From: a virus
Lineage: Duplodnaviria > Heunggongvirae > Uroviricota > Caudoviricetes
Strand: one strand, 5' to 3'
Virus record (IMG/VR): IMGVR_UViG_3300036766_001364
Span: 64,001-128,000 of that record
DNA: 64,000 nucleotides
The first letter of the stretch is position 1; the number at the start of each line of letters is the position of its first letter. Positions 34,376 through 42,940 of this stretch are shown here, piece after piece. The position numbers were made by a program, and so were the translations under genes. The notes beneath the pieces are model-generated. The model searched no databases, had not been told where the DNA came from, and was given only the letters and a program-made list of their open reading frames with translations.

Positions 34376-35287
34376 TGCAGCACGCCAGTCAATCAGGACG
34401 CTAACTTTGCCGTCCTGTCGAAGGCGTTCGACGAGGTCGGTGAATACGCAAAGTCGGCGTTCTGTCGGGGCGGCGAATGTCCCGTCAACCCACTGCAGGC
34501 GGCGGCGATACTGAAGGCCGAGGGGCGCACCTTCCGGTGGTCGCGCCCGTCCGTCACGGGGATGCTCGGCGCGGGCGACCTGCTCGACGCGGCCGCGAGC
34601 GGTGACTGGGATGAAGACCTCCATCCGCGCGACGAGGGCGGACAGTTCTCCGAGACAGAGGGAAGCGGCGCGGGAACGCGGGGACCGGGGGGCGGCGGCG
34701 GACCCGTGCGGTACAAGCGCTTCACGGTGAGGGTGATCGGGGAATCCGACGAGAGGGCGTTCGATGGGAGTCAGCGGTCTGTCGAGCGAACGCTCGACAA
34801 GGCCCAGACGGGTGAGCTCGGCCAGGCGATCCTGATGGCGTACCTCGGCCACGCTCACGGCGTGGAGTCCGTCCCGTTCAACGAGCGCGACCCGCACTCG
34901 CCCATGGATTTCAGGGTGGGCGACGTTGTCGTCGAGGCCAAGGCTGGGCTCGTCAGCAACAGTCGCGACGCGCAGAGATGGCGCGTCACGCTCGGTGAGC
35001 CGGGACCGGCCGAGAAGCGGATGATCGCAGCGATGAACCCGAGCGAACGCGCGGCGTGGAACGCGCGAAAGGGAGAAGACGCGATCGCGCGCAAGCGACG
35101 GGCCCTCGACGACGCGTCGGAAGCGGTGGGCCGATCGCTCAGCATGAGGACCATGACGGCGATCATCGATCCCGACCGCGAGATCGCCGACATCTTTGAG
35201 TTCGATGATGTGCACCCGCGGATCGGGTGGAACAGCGAAGCGGCGCGGAAGGGATACGTGGGGAGCGTTCGATATGGCGCAGCGTAG
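34268..35287 (+). CDS. IntC plus protease C-extein plus PD-(D/E)xK nuclease-like cargo domain
   Basis: GAGGAG RBS 7 nt before ATG; HN|CSTPVNQDANF; HPRDEGGQF; PMDFRVGDVVVEAKAG. Confidence 0.8.
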   Translation: MPKVLSVERVPYEGWLYSLDVDEDRSFVANGLVVHNCSTPVNQDANFAVLSKAFDEVGEYAKSAFCRGGECPVNPLQAAAILKAEGRTFRWSRPSVTGMLGAGDLLDAAASGDWDEDLHPRDEGGQFSETEGSGAGTRGPGGGGGPVRYKRFTVRVIGESDERAFDGSQRSVERTLDKAQTGELGQAILMAYLGHAHGVESVPFNERDPHSPMDFRVGDVVVEAKAGLVSNSRDAQRWRVTLGEPGPAEKRMIAAMNPSERAAWNARKGEDAIARKRRALDDASEAVGRSLSMRTMTAIIDPDREIADIFEFDDVHPRIGWNSEAARKGYVGSVRYGAA

Positions 35288-38200
35288 TGTCTTCAGTAGG
35301 ATCGCCGCGCTGACGGCGGCGGAGAACCAGGAGAGCGCCGATCGCTGGAAGCGAGCGCTCGTCGGATCGTTCAACGCGGGCGAAGAGAAAGCAGAAAAGA
35401 ATGGCGGTGGATCGAGCGGGACTACGGGGCTGCCCGTCGTCGCGAAGCCAGAGCGCGGACTGGTCAGCGCCGAGAGCGAATCAGAGCCGAAGTCTCCCGC
35501 GAGGAGGCTCGTACCAGACCCGAGCATCCCCGACGTCGCGAAGGCCGAAGCGGGCGGACCGATCGCGGCCGGGCTGGCCGTCGTGGCGGCAGACACGGGC
35601 CGCGTCCTGATGCTGCAGAGGGCTCTTGCCGACGGCAGAGACGACCCCGCTGCCGGGACGTGGGAGTTTCCTGGCGGCCACGTCGACGCCGGAGAGAGGC
35701 CGCTAAACGCGGCCAAGCGCGAGTGGGCAGAAGAAGTGGGCGTCGCGCTTCCAGACGGCGTTGTGGTCTCACGCTGGAGATCGCCCGATGGGGTCTATGC
35801 GGGGTTCGTCTGGAGGGTGGAGAGCGAGGGGCTCGTGCCGTTCGGCGACCGCGACCAGGTGACGAACCCAGACGACCCGGACGGTGACCGGCTCGAAGCG
35901 ATCGCCTGGTGGGAGCCCGACGACGTGCCCGACAACCCGGCCCTTCGCGACGAGCTCAAGGGCCGTATCGGAGATGCTCTCGGACCCGTCATGAAGAAAG
36001 CCGACGAGGCCATCGCGAACGCCGTGAGGGATCGCCTCAGGGAGGACCCGCGCTACTATTCGGGGGCGCTCGCCGATGGGGGCGGACTGAGTTCGGCGGA
36101 CCCCGAGAAGCTCGAGAACGTGCTGATGATCACGACCAGCGTCCCGCCCGAGGGCGCGCAGAGCGGCGGTGGGCGCAAGGACCGCACGGTCAGCAACGCG
36201 ACGGCGGCGACTACGGGGCTCGCGACCACGGGGCTCGCGACTCTCTCGCTCTCGACGTACGCGATCGGGGACAACGGTGCGGGGGCGACCGTGAAAGACG
36301 TCGAGCCGCGACCCGCCGATGGGGTGGCGCCGCACGCTCCCGAATCGGACCTCAAAGACGAGGTGCAGTACCTCAACAAGGGCGCAGACCCGATGAACTG
36401 GACGCACGGGGTCGTGGACTTCACGACGGGCGAGGACGACAAGAAGAAGCCGGTCACGTCTGAGCCGCTGAAGCGCCCGAGGCTCGCGTACGCAGACTTC
36501 AACCCGGGCATCCGCAAGGACATCGTCGAGTCGCTCGAGCGCGCCGTCGTGTCGCTCGCGGTCGCCGATCCGTCGCCGTTCATCGCGCTCGCGGCGCTCG
36601 CGTCTCCGGAGCTCGGTCTCTCGTGGGACCCGGCGAAGAGCGACTACGCGGTCCTCGACCCGCGCGTCGACGACATGATCGGAGCGACGTTCGGGAAGCT
36701 CGCAAAGATGGCCCGTCGGATGGGCGACGGAGCGCTCGTCAACGATTTGTCGCTCCTGAGGTCGCGCGTGCAGCGCGCCCTCCCGATGGGGCCAATGGAG
36801 ACCGTCGCCTCGATGCATCAGGTGGCCAAGGCGGCCCGTCACCTCGGGGTGCCGTGTGAATCACCGTCAGTGGTCTCAAAATCGAAGGACACGGCGGATT
36901 CGATCGGGCGCGCGGCCCAGGCCGTGTTGAGGGTCAGGGACAGCCTGGAGGACAGCGTCTTCGACAAGGGCAAGCGCCGAGAGCTCGACCCGACCATCAT
37001 GACGGCCGTCGATGCGCTGTACGAGGACGCCGTCTCGCTCATGGACGGGCTCGAGCTCAGCAGGTTCGTGGACCACGGCGACGACGAGCCGGAACACGAG
37101 GTCATCGAGGCCGCGGACGTCGAGAACACGGTCAGCGACGTCGAGAAGACCGATATCTTGCTCGACGCCGTGAACAGCAAGACGAATAAGTCACATTCGC
37201 AGACGAAGTGCATGAGCTGCGGCATGGCGCCGACGAAGCTCGTCAAGTGGGCCGAGGGCATGGCGCTGGCGTGGTTCTGCGACCGCGACTTCGACGACTG
37301 GAAGAAGAAGAACGGCGGCGAGATCGTCTGGGTCCACGACGTCAGAGACGGCGACGTGGGGCCGATGATCAAGAAGGGCAGCGTGTCGGTCAGCGACACG
37401 TTCGAGGACCCGACCGAAGACAAGGGCGGTCCCGAGAACCTGCCAAAAAAGTGGGAGAAGCGCCACCTTGAGGCCGAGGTGGACAAGACCGAGCGCCCGA
37501 TAGACAGGATCGGCGTTGCGATCCCCTCTGAACCGGAGCTCGAGCAGATGAACGACTCAGGACACCCCCTCCCGCGCAACGTCGTGACGGGAGACGCGCC
37601 CCCGCAGCACACGGGGACGATGATCGCGTGGTACCCGACGACGGGACAGTCGCGACAGATCGCCGAGGAGGGCGGGGAGAGCGCCGACGAGCTGCACGTG
37701 ACGATCGCGTACCTCGGCGAGACGTCTGACCACGACGAGCGAGCCGTCGAAGCGATCAGGCGTGTCCTGCGCGAAGAGACCCTCAAGCAGCCCCCGATGG
37801 ACGGGTCTCTCGGTGGCGTCGGACGCTTCAACCCGAGCGAGGGGGGCGACGGCAAGTCGCCTGTGATCGCCCTCGTGGACGTGCCCGGGCTCTCTGAGTT
37901 CAGGACGCGGATCGTGCACGCGCTCGAGCGCGAGGGCGTCGAGTTCCCGCGCGACCACGGGTTCACGCCGCACATGACGATCCGATACGACGAGCCCGGC
38001 ATGGACGACCTCGCGGCGCGCGGGATCCCGCAGATCGAGACGACTCCGATCTCCGTGGACAAGGTCTGGCTCGTGCGCGACGGGAAGCGCGAGGAGTTCA
38101 CCCTCGACTCCGGCGTCGGGCAGGTGTCCGGGATGGTCCCTTCGCACGTGAAGGCCGCCGACGACGACGCGCGGAACTTTGGCAGGTCGTTCGGCCGCCT

Positions 38201-38288
38201 GTGGAGCCGTTCGTTCCTCGATCGCCGCTACCGGCTCGCCGTCGTCAAGGACGCCGACGGCGACCGCGAGATACTGGAGCTCGACTGA
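35274..38288 (+). CDS. multidomain protein, NUDIX hydrolase plus 2H phosphoesterase, putative head-packaged polyprotein
   Basis: Nudix box GGHVDAGERPLNAAKREWAEEVG; LREDPRYYS; HVT and HMT 2H motifs; many xxK-A/S/G/T motifs. Confidence 0.85.
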   Translation: MAQRSVFSRIAALTAAENQESADRWKRALVGSFNAGEEKAEKNGGGSSGTTGLPVVAKPERGLVSAESESEPKSPARRLVPDPSIPDVAKAEAGGPIAAGLAVVAADTGRVLMLQRALADGRDDPAAGTWEFPGGHVDAGERPLNAAKREWAEEVGVALPDGVVVSRWRSPDGVYAGFVWRVESEGLVPFGDRDQVTNPDDPDGDRLEAIAWWEPDDVPDNPALRDELKGRIGDALGPVMKKADEAIANAVRDRLREDPRYYSGALADGGGLSSADPEKLENVLMITTSVPPEGAQSGGGRKDRTVSNATAATTGLATTGLATLSLSTYAIGDNGAGATVKDVEPRPADGVAPHAPESDLKDEVQYLNKGADPMNWTHGVVDFTTGEDDKKKPVTSEPLKRPRLAYADFNPGIRKDIVESLERAVVSLAVADPSPFIALAALASPELGLSWDPAKSDYAVLDPRVDDMIGATFGKLAKMARRMGDGALVNDLSLLRSRVQRALPMGPMETVASMHQVAKAARHLGVPCESPSVVSKSKDTADSIGRAAQAVLRVRDSLEDSVFDKGKRRELDPTIMTAVDALYEDAVSLMDGLELSRFVDHGDDEPEHEVIEAADVENTVSDVEKTDILLDAVNSKTNKSHSQTKCMSCGMAPTKLVKWAEGMALAWFCDRDFDDWKKKNGGEIVWVHDVRDGDVGPMIKKGSVSVSDTFEDPTEDKGGPENLPKKWEKRHLEAEVDKTERPIDRIGVAIPSEPELEQMNDSGHPLPRNVVTGDAPPQHTGTMIAWYPTTGQSRQIAEEGGESADELHVTIAYLGETSDHDERAVEAIRRVLREETLKQPPMDGSLGGVGRFNPSEGGDGKSPVIALVDVPGLSEFRTRIVHALEREGVEFPRDHGFTPHMTIRYDEPGMDDLAARGIPQIETTPISVDKVWLVRDGKREEFTLDSGVGQVSGMVPSHVKAADDDARNFGRSFGRLWSRSFLDRRYRLAVVKDADGDREILELD

Positions 38289-38289
38289 C

Positions 38290-38478
38290 GTGGGGCTCTA
38301 CGACCAGCGACGCGTCCTCTCGCGGGCAGAGCTCAAGAAGGAGATCGAGCTCAGGCTGGCGAGGCTCGTCCCCGGGAACATGCGGACGGGGCCGAACGAC
38401 TCGGCGCTGATGAAGGCGAGCAACTACCTCGAAGAGATCATGGCGCTGGTCGATTCGTACGCTCCGCCGCGCCGGTAG
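38290..38478 (+). CDS. small hypothetical protein
   Basis: GTG start after previous stop; LMKA motif. Confidence 0.5.
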   Translation: MGLYDQRRVLSRAELKKEIELRLARLVPGNMRTGPNDSALMKASNYLEEIMALVDSYAPPRR

Positions 38479-38565
38479 GAGCGTCTCACCGTCGGCTCAC
38501 GGGTTTCAACGCCGCGGATCGCAGCGCTAGGATCCGCTGGACGAACCGAGTGGGGGAGATGACCC

Positions 38566-39249
38566 GTGCAGATAGCAGACCCGGTGACGCACCGCACAGA
38601 GTGGCGCCTCGAGAAGAGAGACGGCTCAGTCGAGGATTTCATCGCCGATCGACGCGCCGAGGCGCGGGAAGTCATCGGCGGCCATCGACCGAGCGGACAG
38701 ATCGACGAGGGCGGCCTTCGCGGCGAAGTGGACGTCATCCAGCGGTGGCTTCGCGACCCCGCGACGCCCGAACCGGTGCGCGGTCTCTGGACGCCCGACA
38801 GGGTGATCGACGCCGCTCTTCAGCGGCTCTTCGAGAAGGGCGTCGACCCGTTCGAGGTCGTCGAGCGCGCCGGGAACCTCATGGTCACCGCGGGGATCAC
38901 CGTCCTGCTCCACCTGCTCACGGGCGGGGCAGACACCGTGTTCTCGAACGCGACCGCGTACCTCGGTGTCGGCGACTCGACGACGGCCGTCTCCGTCGGT
39001 CAGACGGACCTCCAGGCGGGCTCGAACAAGCTGCGCAAGGCGATGAACGCCACGTACCCGATCGTCGCGGCCCCGAGCGTGCAGTTCCAGGCCACGTTCG
39101 GCTCGGGCGAGGCCAACTTCGCGTGGAGCGAGATCGCGACGTTCAACGGCCCTTCCGGTTCGTCGATGCTCAACCGCGTCGTCCAGAGCCTGGGCACGAA
39201 GTCGTCGGGCGCAACGTGGAGCGCGACCGAGGCAATAGCGTGGGCCTGA
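38566..39249 (+). CDS. virion structural protein (fibre/baseplate-associated type)
   Basis: GNLMVTAG, LGVGDSTTA...QTDL, ANFAWSEIA, MLNRVV, K...W pattern common to phage fibre-attachment proteins. Confidence 0.65.
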   Translation: MQIADPVTHRTEWRLEKRDGSVEDFIADRRAEAREVIGGHRPSGQIDEGGLRGEVDVIQRWLRDPATPEPVRGLWTPDRVIDAALQRLFEKGVDPFEVVERAGNLMVTAGITVLLHLLTGGADTVFSNATAYLGVGDSTTAVSVGQTDLQAGSNKLRKAMNATYPIVAAPSVQFQATFGSGEANFAWSEIATFNGPSGSSMLNRVVQSLGTKSSGATWSATEAIAWA

Positions 39250-39276
39250 CGGGATCGGCTTAGGGGTCGCCGAGAG

Positions 39277-39771
39277 ATGCGTGGTGCGACGGATGCCCAC
39301 AGGCGGCTCGACGCCGCGATCGCGTCTTCAGAATCGATTGCGAGGACGTACCTCGGGCCGGGCGAGCGACCGCCAGACATGTCTCCCGTCCAGACGGGTC
39401 CGAGGGGCGGACACTTCTACACGGGCGGCCGCGCCGCGGGGGGATCGACCGCTCAGAGCTCCGTGAAGAGGTGGCGGAGAAACATCGACGCGTACGTCAG
39501 GTCCCACGGGAGACGCGACATGGACCGTCTGGCCAGGGGCGTCGTCGAGCTGGTGGCGGGGAAGCCGACCGGCCCGAACGCTCTTCGGCGCTGCGGTGAT
39601 TGCGGCGGACCGAGGGCGCGCCGGGGTGTGTGCCGATCCGAGAGCTGTCCAGCGCGAGCTGAGTGGAAGTTCGTCGGAGACCTCCTCAGGGGGATCGCAG
39701 AACACCCCGGTGACGAGATGATCGGGGCTCGCGGGAGATCCCCCGCGAAGAGCGCTCAAGCGGGCCGGTGA
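39277..39771 (+). CDS. hypothetical protein with GPRGG module and Zn ribbon
   Basis: YLGPGERPPDMSPVQTGPRGGHFY; CGDC...C...C. Confidence 0.6.
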   Translation: MRGATDAHRRLDAAIASSESIARTYLGPGERPPDMSPVQTGPRGGHFYTGGRAAGGSTAQSSVKRWRRNIDAYVRSHGRRDMDRLARGVVELVAGKPTGPNALRRCGDCGGPRARRGVCRSESCPARAEWKFVGDLLRGIAEHPGDEMIGARGRSPAKSAQAGR

Positions 39772-39775
39772 ATCC

Positions 39776-40015
39776 ATGGAGCACGGGCTCGTCGGGATCA
39801 TGCTGACGGATCGGCCGGGGAGGCCGAACGTCGCCTGCGGATGCGGCCGCGTGGCGTCGGGCGCCGTCGGGGCGACCTGGACGGTCACCGACAACGGGGA
39901 CGGGACGGCGTCGTGCTCGCCGTCGTTCGACTGGAAGGGACACTTCCACGAGACGGCCGTCCGCGTCCCGATCATGGACGGGCTGCCCGAGAACTTTCGC
40001 GACGGGACAGACTGA
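39776..40015 (+). CDS. DUF6527-like small Cys/His protein
   Basis: CGCG...WT...SPSF...HF. Confidence 0.5.
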   Translation: MEHGLVGIMLTDRPGRPNVACGCGRVASGAVGATWTVTDNGDGTASCSPSFDWKGHFHETAVRVPIMDGLPENFRDGTD

Positions 40016-40569
40016 TGGCGGACGGCATCGCGTGCTTCATGGTCGCGCTCACGGGAGAGATGCGCCGGTGCCTGCGCCGCTACGCGTCCGAGTCAGAGTG
40101 TCCCGTGGCGCCGGGCTACCACGACGCGCGCGGACAGATCGAGAAGTGTCGGGCGACGCGGGACGACGCGGGCCACTACGATGGCGGCGGGAGCGTCGAA
40201 GACTTCGCCGGAGATCCCAGGTGGCCGACCGATTGCGCCTGCGGGTACGTCTTCGCCGAGAGCGACGCGCGGCAGGTGTTCGTCGAGCTGCTGTACGGGG
40301 ACGGCGAGGGCCGCGAGATGACGATCGCGGAGATGCCGCCCGGAGCGATGTTCGACGTCGCCTGGACTCACGAGAAGGGCCCCGACGGGAGGTCGCTCGC
40401 CGTCAAGCTCCCGGGAGGGCCGCACGACGTCTGGTTCATCGACGGGCCGAGCACGAGCGGGGGGTACTGGACGCGCACGGGTGAGCCTCCGAGACTCACG
40501 GTGTCGCCGAGCATCCTCACGCCGAAGTACCACGGGTTCCTCAGAGACGGGACCCTCGTCCCGACCTAG
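40015..40569 (+). CDS. DUF6527-like protein
   Basis: CACG; WTRTGEPPRLTVSPSI...YHGFLRDG. Confidence 0.55.
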   Translation: MADGIACFMVALTGEMRRCLRRYASESECPVAPGYHDARGQIEKCRATRDDAGHYDGGGSVEDFAGDPRWPTDCACGYVFAESDARQVFVELLYGDGEGREMTIAEMPPGAMFDVAWTHEKGPDGRSLAVKLPGGPHDVWFIDGPSTSGGYWTRTGEPPRLTVSPSILTPKYHGFLRDGTLVPT

Positions 40570-40619
40570 GTTTCGACTTTCATCCAGTTGTGTATTAATA
40601 GGCGCGAAGCCAGTGAAAT

Positions 40620-40919
40620 GTGCGAGCAACAGCGTATCAACCGATCAACAAGAAGCTGTCTGTCCCCGGTGAGACGGAAGTCGCGGCGCTTGTCGACCGC
40701 AGGCACATGATGTCAGCCTCCAAGATCAACGTCACGGTGGACAAGGACGCGTACGTAGCGTTCGACCGCGACGGGACGCTCGACGCTTCGAACGCTCTGG
40801 AGCTCAAGGCTGGCGAGAGCTATTCGGACGACGACGTCTTCATCGGAGGAATGATATCGTTCGTCAACAAGAACGCGGATGAACGCCCCACCATCCGCGG
40901 GATCATGTGGGGGAATTGA
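40620..40919 (+). CDS. small beta-rich virion protein (decoration-like)
   Basis: Paralogous to next ORF (ELKAGESYS vs LIKEAEGYS; IRGIMWG vs VRGVLWS). Confidence 0.6.
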   Translation: MRATAYQPINKKLSVPGETEVAALVDRRHMMSASKINVTVDKDAYVAFDRDGTLDASNALELKAGESYSDDDVFIGGMISFVNKNADERPTIRGIMWGN

Positions 40920-40928
40920 GGGATTAGG

Positions 40929-41279
40929 ATGCCTATCTACCCGAGGGTCAACGTCGTGACGACGGTCGTGACCGAGAAGATCATGGCCGACGAATCGACG
41001 CCGATCGACGTCACGCTCGCCGTCGCTGCGACCGCCGAAGATCTCGCCACGGTGCCATTCGGAAAGAAGGGGCGCTCGATCTCGCTCATCAACGAGGGAC
41101 CGGGCGACGTCGCGCTCAAGTTCGACGGCGTGGCCACCGAGGCCGACGTGCTCATCAAGGAGGCCGAGGGCTACTCAGAGGCGAACCTCGAGATCGCGGC
41201 GAACGTCTCGTTCATCAACGTGACGCCCGCACAGACTCCACGAGTGCGCGGGGTGCTCTGGAGCGGCGCGATCTCCTGA
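40929..41279 (+). CDS. small beta-rich virion protein (paralog)
   Basis: See above; GGA-containing RBS. Confidence 0.6.
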   Translation: MPIYPRVNVVTTVVTEKIMADESTPIDVTLAVAATAEDLATVPFGKKGRSISLINEGPGDVALKFDGVATEADVLIKEAEGYSEANLEIAANVSFINVTPAQTPRVRGVLWSGAIS

Positions 41280-41286
41280 TCGACCT

Positions 41287-41928
41287 ATGGCGTTCATATT
41301 CGGGGCTCACGGCTTCAACTTCAACTGGCAGGGGCAGTGGCTGACGGGGTCGCTCTACTTCGTGGGGGACGCCGTCTTCAGCGCCGGTTCTTCCTACGTG
41401 TGCGTCCAGTCGCACGCTGCGTCGCCCGGCAACGCGCCGCCGTCCGCTTCGTTCTGGTCCGCGCTCGTCGCGCAGGGACCGACGGGACCGATGCCGCCCG
41501 TCGTGCAGGCTCCCGCGGACATCACCAACTCGACGGTCACCCTCGCAGACGCCACGGGGCTCGCGTTCCCGGTAGCGTCGAGCAATGACTACTACTTCGA
41601 GTTCGCGGTCACGTTCAGGTCGGCCGCGCTCAACACCGGCATAACCCTGGCGGTGAACGGCCCGGCGGCCCCGACGTCGATCGTGACCATGACCGATATC
41701 TCGACGTCTCTCGCCGCACGCGTGCTCGGGGCAGCGCGCGCCTACAACGGCACGGTGGGGTCGACTGTCATCGACACGGCGAACGCCGACACGATGGCCT
41801 TCGTGTCGGGAGTCCTCCGCAACGGAGCGACGGCCGGGGCGCTCGTCCTGCGCTTCGCGTCGTCGCGCGGTGGGACCCTCGTCACGGTCAGGGCGGGGTC
41901 TGTCGTCCGGTACCACCAGTTGAACTAG
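41287..41928 (+). CDS. virion protein with N-terminal carbohydrate-binding-like (CBM5/12-type) motif
   Basis: W..GSLYFVGDAV...SSYVC...H.A...P....FW. Confidence 0.6.
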   Translation: MAFIFGAHGFNFNWQGQWLTGSLYFVGDAVFSAGSSYVCVQSHAASPGNAPPSASFWSALVAQGPTGPMPPVVQAPADITNSTVTLADATGLAFPVASSNDYYFEFAVTFRSAALNTGITLAVNGPAAPTSIVTMTDISTSLAARVLGAARAYNGTVGSTVIDTANADTMAFVSGVLRNGATAGALVLRFASSRGGTLVTVRAGSVVRYHQLN

Positions 41929-42034
41929 GCGTGAGGTTTCATCGCGATGCGCGGCCGCCGTATGATCCTGATAGGTTTCCCGGGGCCTGTCCCCGGCGCC
42001 ACGATCTCACCGAATAACGCGGGAGGCCCGTAGA

Positions 42035-42796
42035 ATGTCCATCGTTGCGTCTGAACTCATCGCGTACGCGGCCGCGAATATGCCGACGGACGAGTCGTCG
42101 ACTGTCGGTGGGGCGATCGACCCGCTGCGCCGCGTGACGTTCACGGACATCGCGGCGACCGACACCGTCCAGGCGCTCTCTGACTCGGCGTCAGACACGG
42201 CCGGTCCGACGGTCACGGTGACGGGCCGCAACGCGGGCGGCGCGACGGTGTCTGAGACGAAGGCGCTGACCGGCACGTCGGCCATCACGTTCAGCACGAT
42301 GGGGGCCGTCGAGCGCGTCCAGATCGTGGAGCTGAGCGCGACCTGCGTCGGGAACATCACCGTCAGGCGGACGACGGGCGCGACGCTCATCGGGACGGTC
42401 CCGATCGGCGAGCGCGGCTTCAGGCGCATGTTCATCAACGCGTTCTCGGACGTCGGCTCGAAGAACTACTACGAGAAGTTCTTCTGGAAGAACACCAACG
42501 GGTCGCTGGCGCTCCTGAACGCGCTCGTCCAGCAGAACTCAGACCCGACGGGCAAGGTCACGCACCTCATCGCGGCGGCCGTGGGGGACACGGCGACCTC
42601 GGCGAACAGGCTCACGGCCCCGTCGGCGGCCAACACGCTCGACCCGGACACCTTCGACGACGTCGACAAGGCCGTGCCCGGCACGGACCTCGCGTCGGCC
42701 GCGGCGATCGGCGTGTGGCTCAAGCTGGCGCTGGGAGCGGCGGATTCTCCGATCAAGAGCTCGTATACGAGTCAGCTCAGCGGGCAGTCAGTTTGA
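42035..42796 (+). CDS. virion structural protein
   Basis: Thr/Ala/Ser beta-rich ORF with clear codon bias, own promoter. Confidence 0.65.
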   Translation: MSIVASELIAYAAANMPTDESSTVGGAIDPLRRVTFTDIAATDTVQALSDSASDTAGPTVTVTGRNAGGATVSETKALTGTSAITFSTMGAVERVQIVELSATCVGNITVRRTTGATLIGTVPIGERGFRRMFINAFSDVGSKNYYEKFFWKNTNGSLALLNALVQQNSDPTGKVTHLIAAAVGDTATSANRLTAPSAANTLDPDTFDDVDKAVPGTDLASAAAIGVWLKLALGAADSPIKSSYTSQLSGQSV

Positions 42797-42829
42797 GAGG
42801 TCAAAGGGTCTGCTTACATGCACAGAAAC

Positions 42830-42849
42830 GGGCCCGCAGTTGCGGGCCC
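42830..42849 (+). terminator. GC-rich hairpin between structural gene and GIY-YIG gene
   Basis: GGGCCCGC-AGTT-GCGGGCCC; weak U-tract. Confidence 0.45.
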
Positions 42850-42940
42850 ATTCGTTAGGAAGATCTCAACTCTCTGGGCAATCAGTTTATCCAACCAATT
42901 ATCTAGTCTCTTTTGACTCTTTCATTGTACAATCTAGTAC

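Noticed and set aside
42797-42940. Group I intron carrying the GIY-YIG gene
   Set aside because: No P7 or catalytic-core motifs seen, and the upstream gene already ends with its own stop
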